From: Myxococcota bacterium
GTDB taxonomy: Bacteria > Myxococcota_A > Polyangia > Polyangiales > Polyangiaceae
Reading direction: 5' to 3'
DNA: 64,000 nucleotides
Assembly (NCBI GenBank): GCA_963169915.1
Contig: CAUJEM010000123.1
Coordinates: 12,914 to 76,913 of the forward strand
The translations under genes and the position numbers were made by a program. Shown in pieces: positions 44,009 to 52,668 of this stretch (its first letter is position 1; each line of letters starts with the position of its first letter). The notes beneath the pieces are model-generated. The model saw only the letters and a list, made by a program, of their open reading frames with translations. It did no database searches and was not told the origin of the DNA.

Positions 44009-46758
44009 CAGAACTCACCTCGGACCCCGATGCTCGGGATGATGGGGAGACCACTGCGGGGCACCTTCTTACTGTAGTCGAAGGTGTAGTCGAAGCCTTG
44101 CACGGTGGAGGTGTTGTAGGCGTTCTGCACGTCGAGGTAGGCGTTCAGGCGCCAGCTGGGAAACTGCCAGCGTTTGTCCACGCGCAGATCGAGCTGATGA
44201 AAGAGCGGGAGCCGCTCGCTGTAGGGCGCGGCCTGGAGCGGGATGTAGGCGCCGGCGTCCGCGGCGTAGAGCGCCGACAGCGCCGGCGCGCCGAGCACGG
44301 GGGTGTAGAGGTTGCCGGAGATGACGCGGAAGCGCGCGCCGACCTCCCAGCCCTGGCCCAGCCGGTAGCTCCCGAGGAGGGTCAGGTTGTGGGTCTGGTC
44401 GAACCGAAAGAGGTGCTCACTGCCGCCGGGGCGGTCGGTGCGGACGCTGCGCGCGAGCGTGTAGGCGAGCCAGCCGAAGAACCTGGCGTCGGGCTTGTAC
44501 TTCAGGAGCGTCTCGAGCCCGTAGGCCGCGCCGACGCCGGCGTTGTCGTAGGCGAGCAGGCCCGCGGCGCCGGGAGCCGCGGAGACGAGCTGCGTGTAGT
44601 CTTTGTAGTAGCCCTCGACGCCCACCTCGAGGTGTCGGCTCAGCTCTTGCTCGACGCCGAGCGCGTAGTGCAGCGCTCGATTCGAGGCGAGGCGCGGCGT
44701 CCCGAAGACCCGATCCGTCTCCTGGAACTGGGGCGGCTGGTGGTAGAGACCCACCCCGCCCTTGAGCGTGGTCCGGAGCTGGCGCACGCCCGCCGCGTAG
44801 GCCTCCGCCTCGCTCAGCCCCTGCTCCGAGCTGGAGACGAGATCGTACCGGGCGTTGAGCCGTGGGCTCAGATCCGTCTGCCCAGAGTCACGGGCGTAGT
44901 CGAGGCGTAGCCCGGGGACGATGCGAAGCTTGCGGGTCGGCGTCAGCTCGGCCTCTGCGTACCAGGCAGGGCGGAAGCCGGTGCCGCTGGTGCTCCGCTC
45001 GATGGAGGGCCGCGTGATGAAGGGCCCGGGTGAGGGCTCGCCGGGGCGAGGGGGGGGCGGCGCGCGGACGTAGACGTCGTAGGGGGCCACCTGCATGTCC
45101 ATCCCCAGGTTGAGCGTAGCGCTGCGCGCCACCCTGAACGCGAACTCGTTGCGGGCCTCCACGGGGTAGAAGTCGAGCTGAAAATTGAGGGTGGAGACGC
45201 TGAAGGTGAGCTGAGTGTGCCCGGCCGACAGCATGCTCCGCAGCGCGACGCTGCGCGCCAGCTCCGCTTCGTAGAGCGCTTGCGCCGTGAGGAAGCCCGT
45301 TTCGAAGGTGATGTTGCCGCTGATGCCCGGCTCGCGCTCGCTCGGGGTGTTGATCAGCACCTCCAAGCGATCCCTCGAGCCGAAGGTGCGCAGGCTCAGG
45401 CGGCTGTGGCGGCTCGGCGCCGTCTCCGCGACCAGCTGGAAGTCATAGTAGACGGGCGCGGTGGTGACGCCGGCGCCCGCCTCTTCCAGCACGGGCTTCA
45501 GCCAAGCGTCGACCCAGCTTCGGCGTCCCGCCGCCATGAAGGTCCAGCCCCCGCCGAGCGGACCCTCGAGCATGAGCCGCGCGTCGATGAGATCCACCTG
45601 CGCCAGGCCGTGAAAGCAGCCCTCCTCGGCCGTGGCCAGGGGCTTGCCGTAAGGTCCGGTGCACTTGGTGTTCGGGCGCCGCAGCCTCACGTCCACGATG
45701 CCGCCGTTCACGCGGCCGTACTGGCTGCTGAAATTACCGGGATAAAAGTCGATCTGCTCGAGCAGCTCTGTGGGGATGACGCTGGAGAGCCCCCCGAAGT
45801 GGTAGATGAGCGGCACGCCCGTGCCGTCCACGAAGGTCTGGGTGTCCTGGGGCGCCGAGCCGCGGACGATGAGCAGGCCCGCGAGGCCCGGGGGCCGCGC
45901 GACGCCAGGGAGGCTCTCGAGCGAGCGCAGCGCGTCCCCGCCCGTCCCTGGGACGCGCGCGATCTCACGGCGCTCGAGGGTGCGCCGCGTGACCTCACGC
46001 GGTGGGCGCTCTCCTTGGACGACCACCTCGAATTCTTCGGAGACGGGCACCAGGCGATAGGTGATGTCCGCCGCCTCCCCCGCGACGACCAGCTCCTCGC
46101 TGGTGGTGGGCTGGTAACCTTCGGCCTCGAGCGAGACGCGGTAGGTCCCGGGCGCCAGCGTCGCCGCGCTCCAGCGGCCCTCGTCGTTGGTGACCCAGGA
46201 GGACCTCGAGCCGTCCGGCGCGGTGAGCGTGACGGTGGCGCCGGCGAGGGGCTGCTGCGTGCCGGCGACGTAGAGCACGCCGTGCAGCTCGCCCGTCGAC
46301 GGGGGTGGCTCCTCCGCCGGCGGTGGCTCGAGGAGCTTGAAGTCGTAGCGGTAGGGGATCTTGACGGCGAAGGGCTTGCCGTCGCGCGTCGCTGGCTCGA
46401 ACACGAAGGCCTGGGCCGCCGCCACTGCGGCCTCGTCGAAGCCCTCGCCCGCAGGCTCCAGGAGCTCCACCGCCGTCACCTTGCCCTGCGCGTCCACGGT
46501 GAGCTTGAGCAGCACGCTCGCCTGGCGCCCTGCACGCAGCGCCGCCTCCGGGTACTTCGCCTCGACGAAGGTGACGAGCTTCGGCGCGACGATGACCGGC
46601 GCCGTCGGCGCCGGCTCGGCGGGCGTGGTAGCAGCTCCGGAGCTGCCGCCAGGGACCGCGCCGGTGCTCTGCGCCCCAGCGATGCCGGGTGCGCTCAGGC
46701 CGAGGAGCAGGGCTGCCCGAGCGACGAGGACCACGCGCGCACGCCGAGAGGAGCCCAT
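44008..46758 (-). CDS. TonB-dependent receptor with N-terminal TonB-C-like and carboxypeptidase-regulatory-like domains (Oar-like)
   Basis: 916 aa with a signal peptide. TonB_C-like segment (VEAKYPEAALRAGRQASVLLKLTVDAQGKV...). CarboxypepD_reg-like segment (GATVTLTAPDGSRSSWVTNDEGRW). Plug and barrel. C-terminal ...GVRGEF. Confidence 0.85.
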   Translation of the reverse strand: MGSSRRARVVLVARAALLLGLSAPGIAGAQSTGAVPGGSSGAATTPAEPAPTAPVIVAPKLVTFVEAKYPEAALRAGRQASVLLKLTVDAQGKVTAVELLEPAGEGFDEAAVAAAQAFVFEPATRDGKPFAVKIPYRYDFKLLEPPPAEEPPPSTGELHGVLYVAGTQQPLAGATVTLTAPDGSRSSWVTNDEGRWSAATLAPGTYRVSLEAEGYQPTTSEELVVAGEAADITYRLVPVSEEFEVVVQGERPPREVTRRTLERREIARVPGTGGDALRSLESLPGVARPPGLAGLLIVRGSAPQDTQTFVDGTGVPLIYHFGGLSSVIPTELLEQIDFYPGNFSSQYGRVNGGIVDVRLRRPNTKCTGPYGKPLATAEEGCFHGLAQVDLIDARLMLEGPLGGGWTFMAAGRRSWVDAWLKPVLEEAGAGVTTAPVYYDFQLVAETAPSRHSRLSLRTFGSRDRLEVLINTPSEREPGISGNITFETGFLTAQALYEAELARSVALRSMLSAGHTQLTFSVSTLNFQLDFYPVEARNEFAFRVARSATLNLGMDMQVAPYDVYVRAPPPPRPGEPSPGPFITRPSIERSTSGTGFRPAWYAEAELTPTRKLRIVPGLRLDYARDSGQTDLSPRLNARYDLVSSSEQGLSEAEAYAAGVRQLRTTLKGGVGLYHQPPQFQETDRVFGTPRLASNRALHYALGVEQELSRHLEVGVEGYYKDYTQLVSAAPGAAGLLAYDNAGVGAAYGLETLLKYKPDARFFGWLAYTLARSVRTDRPGGSEHLFRFDQTHNLTLLGSYRLGQGWEVGARFRVISGNLYTPVLGAPALSALYAADAGAYIPLQAAPYSERLPLFHQLDLRVDKRWQFPSWRLNAYLDVQNAYNTSTVQGFDYTFDYSKKVPRSGLPIIPSIGVRGEF

Positions 46759-46856
46759 CGATCTCGTGGGCTAGCGCGGTGGAGCGGCTCCGACAAGATC
46801 CAGGGCGCTCGCCGAGCTTGCCCCGCGGCGGCGTGTCGGTCGGTGACGCTCGGCGC

Positions 46857-47324
46857 TCACGGCGCGGCGCCCTGGGCAGCCGGCGGCTCTGGGCTGCGCA
46901 AGGCCTCGATGAGGTCGAGCGGGAGGCGCCGCGGGGCGTGCTCTATACCCACGCAGGCCAGCGTGGTGCTGGCCCAGCACAGCAGCGCCTCGGCCCCGCT
47001 CTCCGGCTCATGGCGCAGGATGCGATAGCAGAAGCGCAGCTTGACGCGGCCCAGCTCTTCGAGCTGCGTCTCCACGCACAGCAGATCGTCGAAGCGCGCC
47101 GGGCGACGGTACTTCAGCGCGACCTCGATGACCGGCAGGTGAAGCCCGCGGGCGACCCAGTCCCCGTAGCAGATGCCGCGGCGGCGGAGGTACTGCACGC
47201 GCCCCACCTCGGCGTAGGAGAGGTACGCCGCGTGGTGCACGATGCCCATCAAGTCCGTCTCCCCGAAGCGGACTCGGAGCTGGTGGCGGTTGACGCAGTG
47301 GGGGCCGAGCTCGAACGACCTCAT
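46857..47324 (-). CDS. Acyl-CoA thioesterase, 4HBT/YbgC family (hotdog fold)
   Basis: VRFGETDLMGIVHHAAYLSYAEVGRVQYLRRRG matches the YbgC-type motif. 155 aa. Confidence 0.85.
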   Translation of the reverse strand: MRSFELGPHCVNRHQLRVRFGETDLMGIVHHAAYLSYAEVGRVQYLRRRGICYGDWVARGLHLPVIEVALKYRRPARFDDLLCVETQLEELGRVKLRFCYRILRHEPESGAEALLCWASTTLACVGIEHAPRRLPLDLIEALRSPEPPAAQGAAP

Positions 47325-48394
47325 GGCTGGCTCGAGCGGCCGATGGAGTCACAGTCGATGGCGCCCGTCACGACCGAGGCTCGGACCGCGAGCGCTTGCC
47401 CGACGCGGAGCGCGCTCCAGGGCGCCTCGGGCAGGCTGCAGCGGTGCTCCTTCCCGCCGGCGTCCTGCAGCACGGCCTCGTAGCTCTCCTTGCGCTTGCC
47501 CTCGCGCTCGCAGCCCTGGCAAGTGCCGGGCTTGGTGAGCACGACCTGAGGCCAGCTGGGGGCGGGCTCCCTCGCAGCGCCGAGGGCACGCTCGGTCCGC
47601 GCGGTGCCCCAGTCGAGGATCTCGTAGTCGCACTTGTCCTCGAGTTTGTCGACCTGCTTGTAGCGGGGCGTACACTCCTCGGTCTCTTTGAAGGTGCCGT
47701 CGCCGTTGTCCACCTTCCGCGTCCGACAGTCCTCCCCGTCCTCCACGCGCTCGGTGCCGCGCGCCTCACGGGTGCGACGGAGCTCCTTGGCGCCCGTGGG
47801 CAGCTCGCTGCACCAGGCGCTGCGGCGCTGCTGGGCGTAGACCTCCACGTCGATCGTTCGCTCCCAAGTCAGCGCCTTCACGTGGGCGGTCGAGTCCTTG
47901 CGCCACAGCGTGAGGACCATCACCACCGCGGCGATCAAGGCCAAGAGCGTGAGGCAGCCGCAGCCGAAGGCGAGCTTCTTCTTCTTGTCGGGCGCGGCCG
48001 TCGTCGCGCTGGTGGCCGGGGCCGTCGCGGGGACGTAGCCCTGGAGCTCCTGCTTGGCCGCGAGCGCGGTCTCCCCGGCGTACACTTGCCCCTGCTCCAC
48101 GAGCTGATCGGCGCGTCGAGCGGCGTCCTTGGCGCCCTCGAGCGGGCTGCCGCAGGCCCCGCAGCAGCGGGCCGCCCGCGAGCTGACCTGGCGACACGCC
48201 GGGCAGTGGACGTCCGCGCCCACGTAGGCGTGGTCCTCGACCGCTACCTTCTCCTCGTCCGACGGGAAGTAACGCAAGGTCGCGTCCTGCTCTCCGCCGC
48301 AGTTGGGGCAATGCCGGTGCGTCTTGCCGAGGTTCTTCTTTTGACCGCAGTACTTGCAGTCCCAGAGCATCTCATAGGTCTTCTCGGTCGCCAT
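47321..48394 (-). CDS. Double zinc-ribbon membrane protein, unknown function
   Basis: CKYCGQ...HCPNCG and CPACRQ...CCGACG ribbons. One TM (LAFGCGCLTLLALIAAVVMVLTL). Cys-containing C-terminal domain. ATGA overlap with the thioesterase start. Confidence 0.75.
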   Translation of the reverse strand: MATEKTYEMLWDCKYCGQKKNLGKTHRHCPNCGGEQDATLRYFPSDEEKVAVEDHAYVGADVHCPACRQVSSRAARCCGACGSPLEGAKDAARRADQLVEQGQVYAGETALAAKQELQGYVPATAPATSATTAAPDKKKKLAFGCGCLTLLALIAAVVMVLTLWRKDSTAHVKALTWERTIDVEVYAQQRRSAWCSELPTGAKELRRTREARGTERVEDGEDCRTRKVDNGDGTFKETEECTPRYKQVDKLEDKCDYEILDWGTARTERALGAAREPAPSWPQVVLTKPGTCQGCEREGKRKESYEAVLQDAGGKEHRCSLPEAPWSALRVGQALAVRASVVTGAIDCDSIGRSSQP

Positions 48395-48469
48395 CGCGGC
48401 CAGGAGCTTAGCGAGAACGCCGAGGAATGCTCCGAAAAGCTGCCGCTGGGGCCGCGCGCCACGCGGCGC

Positions 48470-49495
48470 TCAGGCCTCGGCGAGGGGTGCAGGGATCCGG
48501 ATGATGGGCCCCCGCCGCACCATGAGCCGCTGGACGCCAGGCAGGCTCTCGCCGTCGATGATGGGCGCGAGCAGCTCGTCGCCGAGCGCTTCGATCTGCA
48601 TTTCTTCGGCGGCGCACTCGGTGAAGTGGGCCCCGTGGACGCTGCGCCCGAGGACGACCCGGGGCAAGGCCTGGATGATCTCCATGGGGCTGATGGCGCC
48701 GGCCTGGAAGTGGAGCACGCCGGGGGTCTTGGCCAGCGGGAACACCCGGAAGATGCCGCCCAGCGAGACGTCGAAGGCGCCGGCGTGCAGCGCCCCGTGC
48801 TCTTCGCAGTCCAGGCGCCGTCCGTCGATGGTGACGCGCGCCGCGGTGGGGCGAAACACCTCGCGACCGTAGGCGAGGAGCTCCTCCGAGGCCTTGATCG
48901 GGGTAGAGGCCAGGAGGTGCGAGGCGATCGCTCGCGACACGACCTTGGCGATGGCGCGCGTGCCGAGCTGCGGCTCGGCGTAGTACTTGTCGAAGAAGCG
49001 CTGCCCAATCCCGCCCGCCGCGAGGGCGAAGCCGATGCGGCGAAAGGCCTCCTCCTTCCCGTCGGCGCCGACGCGGACGCCCGTCAGCTCCAAGGAGTCG
49101 ATGGCTTGGAGCGGCGGCGCTTGGCGCCGCTCGAGATGTCGCTTGAGCCACTCGAGGATCCCCTCCGCGCTCCCCTTGTTGGCGAGGCCCGTCTTACGCG
49201 CCACGAAGTCGATGGTGCCCCCGTTGGTCGGGACGAAATGCGGGAGCCTGGCGTCCCCCGTCACGAGGCTGGTCTCGTTGAGGACCCAGTGCAGTGAGCC
49301 GTCACCGCCGTCGGCGACGAGGTAGTCCGCGCCGCGGTCGAGCACCTGGCGCAGCCGAGGGCGGAGCTCGCTGAGGTCGCGCGTCTCGATCACCTCTCCC
49401 CAGGGTCCGATGATCCGCGCGAGATCTTCCGCGCGCCCGCTGCGGTCGCGGTTCTTCTTGGAGTTGGGGTTGTAGATGACGGCGATGCGTTCCAT
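48470..49495 (-). CDS. Diacylglycerol/lipid kinase family protein (DAGK catalytic domain)
   Basis: IAVIYNPNSKKN ... YLVADGGDGSLHWVLNE motif typical of the DAGK_cat/NAD-kinase-like fold. Confidence 0.8.
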   Translation of the reverse strand: MERIAVIYNPNSKKNRDRSGRAEDLARIIGPWGEVIETRDLSELRPRLRQVLDRGADYLVADGGDGSLHWVLNETSLVTGDARLPHFVPTNGGTIDFVARKTGLANKGSAEGILEWLKRHLERRQAPPLQAIDSLELTGVRVGADGKEEAFRRIGFALAAGGIGQRFFDKYYAEPQLGTRAIAKVVSRAIASHLLASTPIKASEELLAYGREVFRPTAARVTIDGRRLDCEEHGALHAGAFDVSLGGIFRVFPLAKTPGVLHFQAGAISPMEIIQALPRVVLGRSVHGAHFTECAAEEMQIEALGDELLAPIIDGESLPGVQRLMVRRGPIIRIPAPLAEA

Positions 49496-49655
49496 CTCGG
49501 TGCCCTGACTGTAGCCACACTTGGTGCGCGCGGCCGCCTTTCAAGCCCATCATTTGCCTGCGAAAACCGCTACGCGCCCGCGCGGGAGGGGTGAGTAGGC
49601 TCGGACGCACCGCGGCCCTCGCCGCCGATGCCCAGGATGTTCTATCGTTGCGCTC

Positions 49656-50723
49656 GTGTTGCTCCTCGACGTGCAGCTCATCGGGGTCGGGCCCTTCGCC
49701 AGCCAGCGCCTCGTCTTCGCAGACGACGCAGGGACGCCCCGCCCCTTCAGCGTGCTGCACGGCGCGGCCGGGGTCGGCAAGACGTCCATCCTGGGCGCCG
49801 TGGCCGCCACGCGGCCGGGGCACGCGGTGCCGCTGCGCGCGGGACCGCCGCTCCTGATCGCCGCCGGGGAGGCGGAGGCCGAGCGTGAGAGCCTCGCCAT
49901 CAGCCGATGGTGGCTGGGGCTGGACGAGCCGGACCGGCCGCACGGGCTGCTCGTGACGAGCCCCAACGTGCGGCTCGAGGGGGAGCCAGGGACGCTGCAG
50001 CGGCGCGAGCAGTTGCTCCACGAGAAGCTGGCGCAGGCAGGGGGCTACGCCTTCACGCTCCTGACGGCGTCCAGAAGCTTTGCGCGTCAGCCGCTCAGCC
50101 TCACGTCGCCGCTACGCACCATTGCTCGCCATGACCCGCGCGCCAGCGTCCCGGTCGAAGAGGGTGGGCGCCAGGAGCTCACCCGCGAGGTGAAGCAGGC
50201 GCTCGCCTACGCCGAGCTCTCCGCCGCCCTCACGGGGCGCGGCGTCGAGGCCGCGCTGAGGTACGAGCTGCTCGCAGCGGCGATGCGGTGGGCCGTCGAT
50301 GAGCTGCTCGAGCTCGTGGGCGTGAAGTACCTGGGCTGCGAGCCGGGGAGCCTGGAGCCCGTCTTTCGCACTCCGCACGGCAGGACGTGCAGCCTCGAGG
50401 GGCTCCCCGTCGGGGCGCGGCACCTCGTCGGCTTCGCGGCGCTGCCGGTGCGCACCCTCTGGGCGGCCTACCCCGGGACGGATCCACGCCTCGCCGAGGG
50501 GGTCGTGCTCATCGACGACCTCGAGCTCCACCAGGACGCAGCCACGCAGAGCGAGCTGCCCGGCGCGCTCCAGCGCGCGCTCCCCCGGGTGCAGTGGATC
50601 GTGGCGAGCGCCTCCGCGCTGATCGCGGGCGCGGCCGCGGAGGCGGAGGTGCTGGCGCTCCGGCGAGATCCGGAGCGCGGTGAGGTCGAGCTACATCGTG
50701 GAGCGGCCGCGCGCACGCACTGA
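49656..50723 (+). CDS. SMC/RecF-head-like P-loop ATPase, orphan
   Basis: GTG start. LLDVQLIGVGPFASQRLVF, then Walker A GAAGVGKTS and Walker B VVLIDDLELHQD. No coiled coil. Confidence 0.65.
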   Translation: MLLLDVQLIGVGPFASQRLVFADDAGTPRPFSVLHGAAGVGKTSILGAVAATRPGHAVPLRAGPPLLIAAGEAEAERESLAISRWWLGLDEPDRPHGLLVTSPNVRLEGEPGTLQRREQLLHEKLAQAGGYAFTLLTASRSFARQPLSLTSPLRTIARHDPRASVPVEEGGRQELTREVKQALAYAELSAALTGRGVEAALRYELLAAAMRWAVDELLELVGVKYLGCEPGSLEPVFRTPHGRTCSLEGLPVGARHLVGFAALPVRTLWAAYPGTDPRLAEGVVLIDDLELHQDAATQSELPGALQRALPRVQWIVASASALIAGAAAEAEVLALRRDPERGEVELHRGAAARTH

Positions 50724-50744
50724 CGCGGCCGTGACGGAGCAACT

Positions 50745-51251
50745 ATGAAAATTCTAGCGCAGCTTGGGTACTGGTTGGTCGCGGTCGGGAGCATGGTCTT
50801 CGGCCTGCTCGGCGTCTTCGCGCCCGAGTTCGAGAAGGAGCTGCTCTACAAGCTGGCGCTCGAGCCGCTCCGCCTGGCAGACTCCAATGGGCTCGCCGTG
50901 TTGCTGAGCGAGCAGCGCGCGGCGGCCGCGCTACAAGTGGGGTTTGGGGCGCTGCTCGTGGTGGTGCGCCGTCAGGTGTTCGAGGAGCGTCGCGTGAACG
51001 CCATCTTCCTCGCCACGTTGATGCTCTTGCCGCTCTCGCGCCTCGTGTCGCTCTTTCTCGACGGCCTGCCGAACGCCATGGCCGTGCTGGTGCTCGTGCT
51101 GGAGGCGCTGGTCGCTGCGTTCTTCGCCGTCTATTTCGGCGGTGCGCTGTGGTCACGCGCGGCGCGCGCCGCCGCGTCATCGGCGACCACGCCGGCGGAG
51201 GGGGTGCCGATGGCCGCGCTCGAGCCTACCGAACCCGGGGAGCCGTCCTGA
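50745..51251 (+). CDS. Small multi-pass membrane protein, unknown function
   Basis: 168 aa, four hydrophobic helices, 21 nt after the ATPase gene. Confidence 0.65.
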   Translation: MKILAQLGYWLVAVGSMVFGLLGVFAPEFEKELLYKLALEPLRLADSNGLAVLLSEQRAAAALQVGFGALLVVVRRQVFEERRVNAIFLATLMLLPLSRLVSLFLDGLPNAMAVLVLVLEALVAAFFAVYFGGALWSRAARAAASSATTPAEGVPMAALEPTEPGEPS

Positions 51252-51257
51252 ACGGCC

Positions 51258-51289
51258 AACGCCTGTCCCTCGCTGGAGAGGCAGGCGTT
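51258..51289. terminator. Hairpin between convergent genes
   Basis: aacgcctg (51258-51265) pairs with caggcgtt (51282-51289). It lies in the 64-bp gap between the stops at 51251 and 51316. Confidence 0.4.
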
Positions 51290-51315
51290 CGAGCCCGAGG
51301 GTAGGGGTAGGCGGT

Positions 51316-52158
51316 TCAGCGGTTGATGTAGATGTAGCCGTTCTCCACCGTGTGGTACCCACTGCCTTTGTTGTCCACCAGCTTGCCGCGGAACTCCCCC
51401 TCGAGATCCCCCGGCGCGCCGGCGTTGCGCAGGGTGATCTCGCACCAGCTACCGTCGTTGATGGACCACGTCGTCTCGGGGTTCTTACCGTCCCACTCGG
51501 GCGCCATGAGCGCCGCCATGATGACGTCCCGGTTGGTCGGTGAGCCGGAATACCGTCCGGGTGCTAGGTCCTTGAGCAAGATCACGAACCAGCCGAGCGT
51601 CTTGTTGTCGCCCTTGGCCTTGGCCTGGATCATCCACAGGTTGACGCCCTCCTTCAGGACTGGCGGCGTGGCGTCCACGTAGATGAGGCTGAGGCGCTGC
51701 TGATCTCGCTCGCGCAAGAACTTGACCGTGAGGCCCGTGCCGTTGTCCCAGCCCGGGACGATTTGGCGGATGCGCGCGATGTCCTCGTCGAAGGTGTCGA
51801 GCTTGCCGCCACTGCTGCTGCCTCCACCACCCCCGGTCGGCGCCGAGGGCGTGGAGGAAGGCGGGATGCTCGGCGAGTTGCCGGAGGGCGCGTTGCCCCC
51901 GCCGATGCCGCCCAGCAGGTCGTCGATGAGCTTGTCGGTGGTGCCTCCACCGCTGCTATCCCCGCTGCCGCCGCTGTTGTTGTTGCCGCTGTTGCTGCTG
52001 TTGTTGTTGCCGCTGTTGCCGCTGCCCAGGTTGAGGCCGCTGAGATCCGGCAAGCCCGCAGGGCCACCGCATCCGCTGAGCCCAAGACCAAACAGCAGCG
52101 CACCGAACGACAGGAACCGAGCTGTAACCGGGAGCTTCATGACTCTCTTCATCCTCAT
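51316..52158 (-). CDS. Lipoprotein with an Asn/Ser/Gly low-complexity linker, unknown function
   Basis: Lipobox LFGLGLSGC. Linker GSGNSGNNNSSNSGNNNSGGSG. Globular C-terminal domain. Confidence 0.75.
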   Translation of the reverse strand: MRMKRVMKLPVTARFLSFGALLFGLGLSGCGGPAGLPDLSGLNLGSGNSGNNNSSNSGNNNSGGSGDSSGGGTTDKLIDDLLGGIGGGNAPSGNSPSIPPSSTPSAPTGGGGGSSSGGKLDTFDEDIARIRQIVPGWDNGTGLTVKFLRERDQQRLSLIYVDATPPVLKEGVNLWMIQAKAKGDNKTLGWFVILLKDLAPGRYSGSPTNRDVIMAALMAPEWDGKNPETTWSINDGSWCEITLRNAGAPGDLEGEFRGKLVDNKGSGYHTVENGYIYINR

Positions 52159-52668
52159 GGAACGTGGCGCTGGGCAGCGCGGGGGTTAGACGTGGCAGCC
52201 ACGGAAAACAGACAATACTGGCAGAGCCGACAGCCATGCAACGGTCAAACCAGCTCCCGAGGGCCATCACCCCCAGTGAGGCGCGGGCTAGGGCCGAGAC
52301 GCGAACGGCACGGGCGGCGGGGCGGCGCAGCCTCCGTGAGGTGAGCGGCGAGCCGTGCGTCCGCGGGGGGCTGCTCTTAGGAGGGGGGGCACAAAGTAGC
52401 CTAGCGGCAGCTTCTCAGCGGAGAGCAACGCTCTGGGAGCCCTCCGCGCCCCGGCGAGGGCCCCGCGATCGGCCGCGGCGCCGCTGGCCCGCCGGCCGGG
52501 CGGCCGCGTCGTCATCCTCTGGGGCCCGCCGCGCGGCGTCGAGGCGTGGGTGGCCCCCCCGCGCCATCCTTCGGCGCGTGAGGGTGAGCTGTGCCATAGT
52601 GCCAGGTTGAGCCCGGCGCCCCGTCCGTCGTCGTCGAGCGGGCTCCGGGCTCTGGTCGAAGGCAAAGG

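Noticed and set aside
52164-52610. 148-aa ORF filling the long intergenic region upstream of the Sel1 lipoprotein gene.
   Set aside because: The sequence is Arg/Ala/Gly/Ser-rich (…[37 protein letters not shown]…). I recognise no motifs or hydrophobic core pattern, and it is probably non-coding.
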